From Micrococcus luteus NCTC 2665 (lineage in GTDB: Bacteria; Actinomycetota; Actinomycetes; Actinomycetales; Micrococcaceae), in assembly GCF_000023205.1 (NCBI RefSeq), contig NC_012803.1, positions 1,710,001 through 1,742,000 on the forward strand: a DNA stretch of 32,000 nucleotides, read 5' to 3'. Positions 8,377 to 17,564 of this stretch are shown piece after piece. The position numbers and the translations under genes were made by a program. Position 1 is the stretch's first letter, and each line of letters starts with the position of its first letter. The notes under the pieces were generated by a model, which did not search any database, was not told the origin of the DNA, and worked only from the letters and a program-made list of their open reading frames with translations.

Positions 8377-9210
8377 TCAGTCAGCGGTGAGGAAGGTGCG
8401 CACCGCGGAGACGAAGGCCTCGGGCTGGTCGGCGTGCAGCCAGTGGCCGGCGTCACGGACGGTCACGCGCACGACGCGCGGGAAGAGCTCCTTCATCCGC
8501 GGCACGTCCTCGTCCTGGACGTAGTCCGACTCGGCGCCGGCCAGCCACAGCACAGGATGGTCGAACACGCGCGCCGGGTCCTCGGGGACCACCGGGTCCG
8601 GGAACGAGCCGATCTCCCGCAGGTGCTCGAAGAGCATGGCCACGTTGGGCTGCCACTCGAAGTGCCCGGCCGTGCGCCGCAGGTTCTGCAGCAGGAAGCC
8701 GCGCACCCGCGCGTCGTGGACGTGCTCGGCCATGGCGGCGTCGGCCTCGGCCCGCGTGTCGTACGCGTCCAGGTCCATGCGCAGCATGGTGCCCAGCAGG
8801 TGGACGAACTCGTCCGTGGCCTGGGGTGAGAGCCGCGGGGAGATGTCCTCCACGATCAGCCGGTCCACGAGGTCCGGGTGCCGCAGGGCGAGCACCATCG
8901 CGACCTTGCCGCCCATCGAGTGGCCCAGCAGATGGACCGGCCCGTCGGCGGCGAGGCCGGCGCGCAGGTGGGCGGCCACCCGGTCCGCGATCTCGCGGTA
9001 GTCCACCCGGTCCGTCCAGGGCGAGGCGCCGTGGTCCGGCAGATCGATCAGCTCCACCGTGAAGTCGTCGCCCAGCTCCTTGGCCGGGCCGGTGAAGTTC
9101 CGGCCGCGGCCCATGAGGCCGTGCAGGAACGCGACGCGGCGCGGGCCCTCCCCGATGCGGGTGGAGGCCAGGGGGGCGTCGGACGGGGCGGAGGCGGCGG
9201 TCGTGTTCAC
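8377..9210 (-). CDS. Alpha/beta hydrolase (YbfF-like esterase)
   Basis: VAFLHGLMGRGRNF...LIDLPDHGASP...VHLLGHSMGGKVAMVLALRHPDLVDRLIVEDISP (GHSMGG nucleophile elbow). GTG 9210 has leaderless context. The ORF-track extension to 9990 is antisense to nrtR and was rejected. Confidence 0.85.
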   Translation of the reverse strand: MNTTAASAPSDAPLASTRIGEGPRRVAFLHGLMGRGRNFTGPAKELGDDFTVELIDLPDHGASPWTDRVDYREIADRVAAHLRAGLAADGPVHLLGHSMGGKVAMVLALRHPDLVDRLIVEDISPRLSPQATDEFVHLLGTMLRMDLDAYDTRAEADAAMAEHVHDARVRGFLLQNLRRTAGHFEWQPNVAMLFEHLREIGSFPDPVVPEDPARVFDHPVLWLAGAESDYVQDEDVPRMKELFPRVVRVTVRDAGHWLHADQPEAFVSAVRTFLTAD

Positions 9211-9217
9211 CCGACTC

Positions 9218-9223
9218 AGGCTA
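9218..9223 (-). promoter_or_regulatory. -10 hexamer TAGCCT for the leaderless esterase gene
   Basis: The minus strand reads TAGCCT gagtcgg GTG(9210). Confidence 0.4.
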
Positions 9224-9291
9224 GCGCGGGACCGCGTCGGCACCTCCCCCGCCTTACAGTCATCTCGACCCTCTGAGATGGGCGGGACAGT

Positions 9292-9302
9292 GTCATACTG
9301 AC
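9292..9302. promoter_or_regulatory. Candidate NrtR/NdnR operator (GTCAtacTGAC palindrome) overlapping a CATACT -10-like hexamer
   Basis: Inverted repeat GTCA-N3-TGAC lies 35 nt upstream of the nrtR ATG. A related half-site ACAGTCAT is at 9256-9263, and a second inverted repeat CATCTC-N8-GAGATG is at 9261-9280. I cannot verify a match to a published consensus from memory. Confidence 0.25.
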
Positions 9303-9336
9303 CAGAACAGCCCCGCCAGTCCGCCCGGGAGGTCCC

Positions 9337-10071
9337 ATGCCCGTCGCTGAGGCCCGCGTCAGCGTCGCCGTGTCCACGGCCGTCTTCGGCGTGCGCCCGG
9401 ACCCGCACGGGGTGCCCCGCCTCTGCGTCGCCCTCGTCCCGCGGATGCGCGAGCCGTTCCTGGACCGGTGGGCGCTGCCGGGCGCGTGGCTCGGCGCGGA
9501 CGAGGAGCTGGCCGACGTCGCCGCACGCGTGGCCGCCGAGTGCGTGCCCGGTCCCGTCCGTCACCTCGAGCAGCTGGCGGCGTTCGGCGCCGTGGACCGC
9601 TCCCCCACCGGACGCGTCCTCACGGTGGCCCACTGGGCGCTCAGCCCCGCCCTGGACGACGACGGCGCCGCCCCGGCGTCCCGCCCGGACCGGGACCTGG
9701 CCGGGATGCCCATCGGGGTCCACGTGCGCTGGCACCGGGCCGACGCACCGCCCGCGCTGGCGTTCGACCACGCCCAGATCCTGGCGGCGGCCGTGGCGCG
9801 CCTGCGCTCGGACCTGCCGCGAGCCGGCGTCGGGCACGCACTGCTGGGGCCCTCCTTCACCCTCGCCGAGCTGCGCGCCGTGCACGAGGCCGTCCTCGGC
9901 CGCGGCCTCGACGCCGCCAACTTCCGCCGCGCCACCCTCGCCGCCGGGACCCTCGAGGAGACCGGCGAGGTCCGCGGCGGCACTCCGCACCGCCCGCCCA
10001 AGCTCTACCGCTACCGGCCCGCCGGGCCCGGGACCGACCCCGATCCCGCCGGGCCGGACGCCCGCCGCTGA
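9337..10071 (+). CDS. nrtR: Nudix-related transcriptional regulator of NAD biosynthesis (NrtR/NdnR family)
   Basis: 244 aa. The N-terminal Nudix-like fold has a degenerate Nudix box (GAWLGADEELADVAARVAAEC). The C-terminal winged-helix part is FTLAELRAVHEAVLGRGLDAANFRR. It sits immediately upstream of nadA-nadC-nadS, as in the Corynebacterium glutamicum ndnR operon. Confidence 0.8.
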   Translation: MPVAEARVSVAVSTAVFGVRPDPHGVPRLCVALVPRMREPFLDRWALPGAWLGADEELADVAARVAAECVPGPVRHLEQLAAFGAVDRSPTGRVLTVAHWALSPALDDDGAAPASRPDRDLAGMPIGVHVRWHRADAPPALAFDHAQILAAAVARLRSDLPRAGVGHALLGPSFTLAELRAVHEAVLGRGLDAANFRRATLAAGTLEETGEVRGGTPHRPPKLYRYRPAGPGTDPDPAGPDARR

Positions 10072-10098
10072 CCACCAGCCCCGACCCAGGAGTCACCC

Positions 10099-11427
10099 AT
10101 GACCACCCCGACCGGGACCACCGCCTCGGTGGCCCGCACCCTGACCCTGATCGACAAGGACGCCGCGCGCGGCTCCTCGTGCTCCCCCGACCTGACCCGC
10201 GGCCCCTGGGCGTTCGACGCCGGCCTGCCCGCCTACGGCCCCGGCGCATCGCAGGACGACGCCGTCCCGGCCGACGCCCCCGTGCAGGGGCGCATCCCCG
10301 AGGAGTACCAGCGGGCCTCGGACGAGGAGCTCCACGCCCGGATCAGCGCGGCGCGGCAGACGCTCGGCGAACGCGTCGTCGTGCTGGGCCACTTCTATCA
10401 GCGCGACGAGGTCGTCCAGCACGCCGACGTCGTGGGCGACTCCTTCCAGCTCGCGCGGGCCTCCCATGGCCGGCCCGAGGCGGAGGCGATCGTGTTCTGC
10501 GGCGTGCACTTCATGGCGGAGACCGCGGACCTGCTCTCCACCCCGGACCAGGCCGTCATCCTGCCCAACCTCGCCGCCGGCTGCTCCATGGCGGACATGG
10601 CCGACCTGGACTCGGTCGAGGACGCGTGGGAGCAGCTCGAGGCGGTCTACGGCACCGAGCCGGACGACGACGGGCGCGTGCCCCTGCTGCCCGTGACCTA
10701 CATGAACTCCTCCGCGGCCCTCAAGGGCTTCGTCGGCGAGCACGGCGGCATCGTGTGCACGTCCTCCAACGCCTCGGCCGTGCTGGAGTGGGCGTTCGAG
10801 CGCGCCCAGCGCGTCCTGTTCTTCCCGGACCAGCACCTGGGCCGGAACACGGGCCGCGCCAGGGGGATCCCACTCGAGCAGATGCCGACGTGGAACCCCC
10901 GCCTGCCGCTGGGAGGGAACTCCGAGGACGCCCTGCGAGACGCGAAGGTCCTGCTGTGGCACGGCTTCTGCTCGGTGCACCGCCGCTTCACCGTCGCGCA
11001 GATCGAGCAGGCCCGCGCCGAGCACCCGGACGTCCAGGTGATCGTGCACCCCGAGTGCCCCCTGCCCGTGGTGGAGGCCGCGGACTCCTCCGGGTCCACC
11101 GACTTCATCGTCAAGGCCATCCAGGCGGCTCCGGCCGGCTCGACCTTCGCGATCGGCACCGAGATCAACCTCGTGCAGCGCCTGGCGGCCCAGCACCCCG
11201 AGCACACGATCTTCTGCCTCGATCCCGTGATCTGCCCGTGCTCCACGATGTACCGCATCCACCCCGGCTACCTCGCGTGGGTGCTCGAGGAGCTCGTGGC
11301 CGGCCGCGTGGTCAACCGGATCACCGTGCCCGCGTCCGTCGCCGACCCGGCCCGCACCGCGCTCGAGCGGATGCTGGCCGTCGCGCCGAAGCAGTCGGCC
11401 GCGCAGTCCGCCGGGGCCGGGTCGTGA
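10099..11427 (+). CDS. nadA: Quinolinate synthase NadA (long actinobacterial form)
   Basis: VVVLGHFYQRDEVVQHADVVGDSFQLAR...FCGVHFMAETADLL...VTYMNSSAALK...LWHGFCSVH...VIVHPEC...CPCSTMYRI are NadA hallmarks, including the Fe-S Cys ligands. Confidence 0.93.
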   Translation: MTTPTGTTASVARTLTLIDKDAARGSSCSPDLTRGPWAFDAGLPAYGPGASQDDAVPADAPVQGRIPEEYQRASDEELHARISAARQTLGERVVVLGHFYQRDEVVQHADVVGDSFQLARASHGRPEAEAIVFCGVHFMAETADLLSTPDQAVILPNLAAGCSMADMADLDSVEDAWEQLEAVYGTEPDDDGRVPLLPVTYMNSSAALKGFVGEHGGIVCTSSNASAVLEWAFERAQRVLFFPDQHLGRNTGRARGIPLEQMPTWNPRLPLGGNSEDALRDAKVLLWHGFCSVHRRFTVAQIEQARAEHPDVQVIVHPECPLPVVEAADSSGSTDFIVKAIQAAPAGSTFAIGTEINLVQRLAAQHPEHTIFCLDPVICPCSTMYRIHPGYLAWVLEELVAGRVVNRITVPASVADPARTALERMLAVAPKQSAAQSAGAGS

Positions 11428-12344
11428 CCCCGGCCGACCGCGCCCCGGCGACGCCGTCCCCGCAGCCGGACGTGGAGCGGATCGTGGCCGCCGCGCTCGC
11501 CGAGGACGCGCCCTGGGGTGATGTCTCCTCGGAGGCCTTCGTCCCGGAGCAGGCCCGGATCACCGCGCGCGTGGTGGCCCGCGAGGCCGGGGTGCTCTCC
11601 GGCACGAACGCCCTCGAGGCCGCCTTCCGGCTCGTCGACCCGGCCGTGTCCGTCACCCTGCACCTGGCCGACGGCGCCGACCTGTCCCCCGGCACCGTCG
11701 TCGCCGAGGTCCCGGGCCCCGCCCGCTCGGTCCTGCGCGCCGAGCGCGTGGCGCTGAACCTCGTCCAGCGCCTGTCCGGGATCGCCACGACGACGGCCGC
11801 CCACGTGGCCGCCGTGCGCGCCGGCGGCGGGCATGCGCGGGTGGTGGACACCCGCAAGACCACCCCGGGTCTGCGCGTGCTCGAGCGGCAGGCGGTGCGG
11901 GACGGCGGCGGGCACAACCACCGCTCCAGCCTCTCGGATGCCGTGATGCTGAAGGACAACCACCTGGCCGCGCTGGGGTTCGGCGGCGCCGGCGCCCCGG
12001 GCGAGGCCCTCACCGCGGCCCTGCGCGCCGGGATGGCACGCCTGCCGCACACCACCCACGTGGAGGTGGAGGTCGACCGGCTCGAGCAGATCCCGGCGGT
12101 GCTCGCCGCCGGGGTCGACACGATCATGCTGGACAACTTCTCGCCGGCCGAGCTGCGGGCCGGCGTCGAGCTGGTGGCGGGCCGCGCCGTCGTCGAGGCC
12201 TCCGGCGGGGTGAGCCTCGAGACGATCGGGGCGATCGCGGCCACGGGCGTGGACGTGATCTCGGTGGGGGCGCTGACCCATACCGTCCGGTCCCTGGACC
12301 TGGGCCTGGACGCCGTGGTCGAGGAGGTCTCGCCGCGCCGATGA
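11424..12344 (+). CDS. nadC: Nicotinate-nucleotide pyrophosphorylase (carboxylating), NadC
   Basis: AALAEDAPWGDVSSEAF...AERVALNLVQRLSGIATTT...DTRKTTPGLRVLERQAVRDGGGHNHRSSLSDAVMLKDNH...MLDNF. The GTG start overlaps the nadA stop (GTGA). Only the last 306 codons of the 958-aa track ORF are real. Confidence 0.92.
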   Translation: MTPADRAPATPSPQPDVERIVAAALAEDAPWGDVSSEAFVPEQARITARVVAREAGVLSGTNALEAAFRLVDPAVSVTLHLADGADLSPGTVVAEVPGPARSVLRAERVALNLVQRLSGIATTTAAHVAAVRAGGGHARVVDTRKTTPGLRVLERQAVRDGGGHNHRSSLSDAVMLKDNHLAALGFGGAGAPGEALTAALRAGMARLPHTTHVEVEVDRLEQIPAVLAAGVDTIMLDNFSPAELRAGVELVAGRAVVEASGGVSLETIGAIAATGVDVISVGALTHTVRSLDLGLDAVVEEVSPRR

Positions 12345-13513
12345 GCACCACCCTCGACCTGGACCACGCGGCCACCGCGCCCGTCCGGCGCAGCGCGCTC
12401 GAGGCGATGTGGCCCGCGCTCACCGGCGTCTACGGCAACCCGTCCTCGGCGCACGAGGCCGGCCGGGCGGCGGCGGCCCTGCTCGAGGACGCCCGCGCGC
12501 GGGTGGCCCGCGCGATCGGTGCCCGGGCCGGGCAGGTCGTGTTCACCTCGGGCGGCACGGAGGCCGACGCGCTCGCCGTGCTCGGCACGGTGCGCGCCCG
12601 CATCCTCGCCGGACGCCCGGCGGGCCACGTGCTGACCACGGGGATCGAGCACAGCGCGGTGCGGCAGTCCTGTGACCAGCTGGCCCGGCTGCACGGCGTC
12701 GAGGTCGAGCACCTCGCGCTGGACCGTGACGGCCTGACCTCGGCGGACGACCTCGCCGCCCGCCTGCGTCCGGTCACCGCGCTGGTCAGCGTGCACCTGG
12801 CCCACAACGAGGTGGGAACGGTGCAGCCGGTGGCCGAGCTGGCCGCCGTCGCCCGGGAGGCGGGGGTGCCGGTGCACGTGGACGCGGTGCAGGCCGCGGG
12901 GCAGATCCCGGTGGACGTGCGGGCCCTCGGTGCGGATCTGGTGGCGCTGTCCGGGCACAAGGTGGGCGGGCCCAAGGGGGTCGGCGCGCTCTGGGTGCGC
13001 CCGGGTCACGCCCTGGAACCGCTCGTGCCCGGTGGCGGCCAGGAGCGGGGCCGGCGGTCCGGGACGCAGAACGTGGCCGGCGCGGCCGGGTTCGCGGCCG
13101 CCTTCGCGGAGGCCGAGGTGGAGCGCGCCGCGGCCGCGGACGCGTGGTCCGGGCTGCGGGACCGGTTCGCGGCGCGCGTGCTCGACGGCGTCCGGGAGCT
13201 CGTGCCCGACGCGCGGCTGACCGGCCATCCCACGCGGCGGCTGCCGCGTCACGCCTCGTTCGTACTGCCCGGCGTGAACGGCGAGTCGGTGCTGGAGGAG
13301 GCGGCCCGCCGGGGCGTGCTGGCCTCGGCGGGGTCCGCGTGCTCGGCCCACGACGCCGAGCCGTCCCCGACCCTGCTCGCGCTGGGCCTCAGCGAGGACG
13401 AGGCCCGCACGGCCCTGCGCTGCACGTTCGGCCCGGACGCCGACGCCCCGCTGCTCGACGCCGCCGCGGACGCGATCGTCGACGCCGTCCGGACGGTCAC
13501 CGCCCTGCGCTGA
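12341..13513 (+). CDS. nadS: NifS/IscS-like cysteine desulfurase (class V aminotransferase), NadS-type
   Basis: LDHAATAP...YGNPSSAHEAGR...FTSGGTEADALA...SGHKVGGPKGVGALWVR...GGGQERGRRSGTQN...SAGSACS (PLP-Lys and catalytic Cys). ATGA overlap with nadC. Same position as nadS in the C. glutamicum ndnR operon. Confidence 0.85.
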   Translation: MSTTLDLDHAATAPVRRSALEAMWPALTGVYGNPSSAHEAGRAAAALLEDARARVARAIGARAGQVVFTSGGTEADALAVLGTVRARILAGRPAGHVLTTGIEHSAVRQSCDQLARLHGVEVEHLALDRDGLTSADDLAARLRPVTALVSVHLAHNEVGTVQPVAELAAVAREAGVPVHVDAVQAAGQIPVDVRALGADLVALSGHKVGGPKGVGALWVRPGHALEPLVPGGGQERGRRSGTQNVAGAAGFAAAFAEAEVERAAAADAWSGLRDRFAARVLDGVRELVPDARLTGHPTRRLPRHASFVLPGVNGESVLEEAARRGVLASAGSACSAHDAEPSPTLLALGLSEDEARTALRCTFGPDADAPLLDAAADAIVDAVRTVTALR

Positions 13514-13537
13514 GCGGCCCCGGGCCGGTCGACCCCG

Positions 13538-14017
13538 ATGCCGCCGGGGGCCGACGTCGGAAGTTCACCCGAGGGTCAGCCCGACGGCACGGGGCAGGAG
13601 TCCCTGTCCAACGGCGACGACGGCGCCCCGCTGGGCCGCGAGCTGGAGATCGCCCGCCTCCTGAAGGCGATCAAGGATCACGGTGTGAAGAACGTCGTGT
13701 TCCTCACCGGCGACGTCCACGACTGCGCGGCGCACCACTACTCCCCCGACCGCGCGGCGTTCACCGACTTCGAGCCGTTCTGGGAGTTCGTGGCCGGCCC
13801 CATCAACGCCGGATCGTTCGGCCTGAACACGCTGGACGGCACCTTCGGCCCGCGCCTGGACTTCGAGGCGCACGGCCCGGTCAGGGGCTCGCCGCGCTCC
13901 GGTGAGCACCAGTACTTCGGCCACGTCGAGATCCCCGAGGACGGCCGTGAGTTCCGGGTGCGTCTGATCAACGCCGCCGGCCGGACGGTCTACTCGCGCA
14001 CGCTGACGGCGGCCTGA
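13538..14017 (+). pseudogene. 5'-truncated remnant of a PhoD-family alkaline phosphatase/metallophosphatase (C-terminal ~150 aa only)
   Basis: NGDDGAPLGRELEIARLLKAIKDHGVKNVVFLTGDVHDCAAHHYSPDRAAFTDFEPFWEFVAGPINAGSF...QYFGHVEIPEDGREFRVRLINAAGRTVYSRTL matches the C-terminal third of roughly 500-aa PhoD-like enzymes. There is no room for the N-terminal two-thirds because nadS ends 24 nt upstream. Confidence 0.65.
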
Positions 14018-14044
14018 TCCGCCGTGCCGCGCGGCGTCGGCGGA
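14018..14044. terminator. Imperfect GC hairpin between the convergent PhoD remnant and the opu SBP gene
   Basis: tccgccg...gccgc/gcggc...cggcgga. Outer 7-bp arms plus an inner palindrome. Confidence 0.35.
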
Positions 14045-14047
14045 CCG

Positions 14048-15055
14048 TCAGTCGGTGATCAGGCCCTCCTCGCGGAGCCAGTCCCACGCGACCTGGGTGG
14101 GCTCCTCGCCGTCGACGTCCACCCGGGCGTTCAGGCGCGCGGCCGTCGCGTTGTCCAGGCGCGCGGTCACGGGCGCCAGCAGGTCGGCGATCTCGGGGTG
14201 CTGGGCCAGGACCTCCTCGCGCACGATGGGGGCTGCGTTGTACTTCGGGAAGAAGCTCAGCGGGTCCTGCAGGGTCGTCAGGTCCAGCGCGGCGATCCGC
14301 CCGTCCGTGGAGTACGCCTCCCCGAAGGTGCACGACCCATCCGCCACCGCGGCGAACACCGCCCCGATGTCCATCTGGCGCAGCCGGGATCCGGTGGGCC
14401 GTTCGATCCCGTAGGCCTCGAGCATGGGCAGGAACCCGTCGTTGCGGGCGGCGAACTCGGCGCTCACGCAGAAGGACTGCTCCTCGGTGGGGAGGTCCTT
14501 GATGTCCGCGAGCGTCTCCAGGCCGAGCTCCTCCGCCCGGTCCTGGCGCACGGAGAGGGTGTAGGTGTTGTCGAGTTCGGCAGGCGGCAGCCACACCAGG
14601 CCCTGCTGCGCGTCCTCGTCCCGGACCGCGGCCCACTGCGCCTGGGCGTCCGGGATCGGATCGGTGTGGCCCAGGTACGTGATCCAGGCCGTCCCCGTGT
14701 AGTCCCACTCGACGTCCACGACGCCGGCGACCTGGGCCTGGCGCGCACTGAGCGAACCCGGCATGTTGGTCAGATCCTCGACGTCGGCCCCCGCGGAGCG
14801 CATCAGGATCGCGGTGATCTTGCCGAGCACGACGCCCTCGTTGAAGTTCTTGGAGCCCACCGCCACGTGGGCGCCCTCGAGGTCGATCCCGGCGACGTCG
14901 CCGGCGGGCGTGCCCGAGGGCAGGTAGCCGCCGGCGGTGCTCAGCCCGCACCCGGACAGGACCAGGGAGGCCGCCAGGCCGAGCGCGGCGAGCGCGGCAC
15001 GAGCGGGAGTCCGGCCGCGGCGGCGGGACGGGAGGGTCGCGCGCGGGGTGGTCAT
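14048..15055 (-). CDS. Glycine betaine/choline/carnitine-type ABC transporter substrate-binding lipoprotein (OpuCC/OpuBC-like)
   Basis: MTTPRATLPSRRRGRTPARAALAALGLAASLVLSGCG (lipobox LSGC), then VAVGSKNFNEGVVLGKITAILMRSAGADV...FFPKYNAAPIVREEV. ATGA overlap with the upstream permease. Confidence 0.88.
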   Translation of the reverse strand: MTTPRATLPSRRRGRTPARAALAALGLAASLVLSGCGLSTAGGYLPSGTPAGDVAGIDLEGAHVAVGSKNFNEGVVLGKITAILMRSAGADVEDLTNMPGSLSARQAQVAGVVDVEWDYTGTAWITYLGHTDPIPDAQAQWAAVRDEDAQQGLVWLPPAELDNTYTLSVRQDRAEELGLETLADIKDLPTEEQSFCVSAEFAARNDGFLPMLEAYGIERPTGSRLRQMDIGAVFAAVADGSCTFGEAYSTDGRIAALDLTTLQDPLSFFPKYNAAPIVREEVLAQHPEIADLLAPVTARLDNATAARLNARVDVDGEEPTQVAWDWLREEGLITD

Positions 15056-15803
15056 GCGAGCCCCCTCGGGGTGGCCAGCGTCTCGACGAGGCGGCCGATC
15101 CACTCGATCATCAGGGCGAGGGCGGCCACGAGGATCGCCCCCGAGACGAGCAGCGGGAAACGGAACAGGACGATCCCGGTCTGGATGAGCAGGCCGAGGC
15201 CGCCGCCCGCGTCGATGAACGTCGCGAACGCCCCGGTGCCCACCAGCAGCACCAGGGCGGTCCGCAGACCCGCCATGATCACGGGCAGGGCCAAGGGCAG
15301 CTCCACCCGGAGCAGGGTCTGCAGCGGCGACATGCCCATGCCGCGGGCCGCCTCGACGACGGTGGGGTCGACGCCCCGCAGCCCGGCCAGGGTGTTGGCC
15401 AGCACGGGCAGGAACGCGTAGAGGGACAGTGCCAGGACGGCGACCCGGAAGCCGAACCCCCACGCCATGGCGAGCAGGACGATCACACCGATCACGGGAG
15501 CGGCCTGGCCGGCATTGGCCAGCCCCATGGCGACGGGGGTGAACCGCCGGGCGGCGGGGCGGCTCAGCAGCACGCCGAGCGGGACGGCCGTCGCCACGAC
15601 CAGAGCGGTGGACACGCCGACGAGGGCCAGGTGCTCGGCGGTGAGGCGCAGGACGGTGGGCCAGGTCAGCAGCCGGGCCTCGACGTCGTCGAGGGCGGCT
15701 CCGCGCACCCAGACGGTCCACCCGATCAGCAAGGCGCCCACCAGCAGCGGCAGGCCGATCAGGAGCAGGCGGTCCTCGGCGGAGGCCCCACGCAGCCGGG
15801 CGA

Positions 15804-15807
<4 letters not shown>
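15052..15807 (-). CDS. Osmoprotectant ABC transporter permease
   Basis: 251 aa, multi-TM, with EAARGMGMSPLQTLLRVELPLALPVIMAGLRTA (EAA loop of BPD-type permeases). ATGA overlaps on both sides. Confidence 0.88.
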
Positions 15808-16807
<1,000 letters not shown>

Positions 16808-16811
<4 letters not shown>

Positions 16812-17449
16812 GCGCGCAGTCCCTTCGAGATGGTGAGCCGGCCGAGCAGCACGAGCAGCCCGTCCAGGACGAGGGCGACGACGACGATGCCGAGGGTGCC
16901 CACGAGGGCGTAGTTCAACGCGTTGGCGCCGCCCAGGGAGACCAGCCCCGTGAAGATGTACGAGCCCAGTCCGGGCCCCAGGACGTAGGCCGCGACCGCG
17001 GCCACGCCCATGCCGAGCTGGCCGGCGACCCGGATGCCGGTGAGGATCACGGGCCAGGCCAGCGGCAGACGCACCCGGGTGAACAGCGCCACCGGCCCCA
17101 TGCCCATCCCCCGGGCGGCCTCCAGCACCTCCGGGTCCACGCCGCGCAGACCCACGAGCGCGTTGCGGAGGATGGGCAGCAGGGCATAGAAGACCACCAC
17201 CACGACGGCGGGGACGGTGCCGATGCCCACCAGGGGGATCAGGACGCCGATGAGCGCGAAGGAGGGCAGGGTCAGCCCGACGGCCGTGAAGGCGTTCGCG
17301 ATCGGGGTCAGGGCCTTGATCCGCGTGGCGATCACGGCCAGCGCGATGGCGAGCACGGTGGCGATGGCCAGCGCCTGCAGCACGAGCCACCCGTGCTGCC
17401 ACGCCCGGAAGAGGATGTCCGGCCAGCGTGAGGCGAGGAACTCGCTCAT
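16808..17449 (-). CDS. Osmoprotectant ABC transporter permease (first long gene of the operon)
   Basis: MSEFLASRWPDILFRAWQHGWLVLQ...EAARGMGMGPVALFTRVRLPLAWPVILTGIRVA. GGAGG lies 4 nt upstream of ATG 17449. The 727-aa track ORF is an upstream extension. Confidence 0.88.
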
Positions 17450-17517
17450 GCGGCCTCCACGCCGGCAGCGCGCCCCTGGGCGGCCCGGGCGTCTGCGGGG
17501 CGGGGCAGGACCGTCAT
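17446..17517 (-). other. Candidate 23-codon upstream ORF, translationally coupled (ATGA) to the opu operon
   Basis: ccgAAGGAGacgacgATG ACG GTC CTG CCC CGC CCC GCA GAC GCC CGG GCC GCC CAG GGG CGC GCT GCC GGC GTG GAG GCC GCA TGA. The TGA overlaps the permease ATG. A -10-like TAGCGT lies about 40 nt upstream. Confidence 0.3.
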
Positions 17518-17558
17518 CGTCGTCTCCTTCGGTCCGGGTGGGTCGGGCATGCTCTTGC

Positions 17559-17564
17559 ACGCTA
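17559..17564 (-). promoter_or_regulatory. -10-like TAGCGT for the opu operon / uORF transcript
   Basis: The minus strand reads gggTAGCGTgcaagagc, about 42 nt upstream of the uORF ATG. Confidence 0.3.

Noticed and set aside
9211-9990. The 5' extension of the esterase ORF (track entry 8377..9990).
   Set aside because: It is antisense to the promoter region and to nrtR. The hydrolase fold starts just after GTG 9210, which has a leaderless promoter context.
9468-11423. The upstream 650 codons of the 958-aa ORF that ends as nadC.
   Set aside because: This stretch overlaps nrtR and all of nadA in another frame and is Arg/Pro/Gly-rich nonsense. NadC homology begins at the GTG 11424 that overlaps the nadA stop.
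13511-13540. The nadS stop codon is in frame with the PhoD fragment (possible read-through fusion).
   Set aside because: A single TGA followed by eight unremarkable codons, with no recoding signals. A desulfurase-PhoD C-terminal fusion has no biological rationale, so the shared frame is a one-in-three coincidence.
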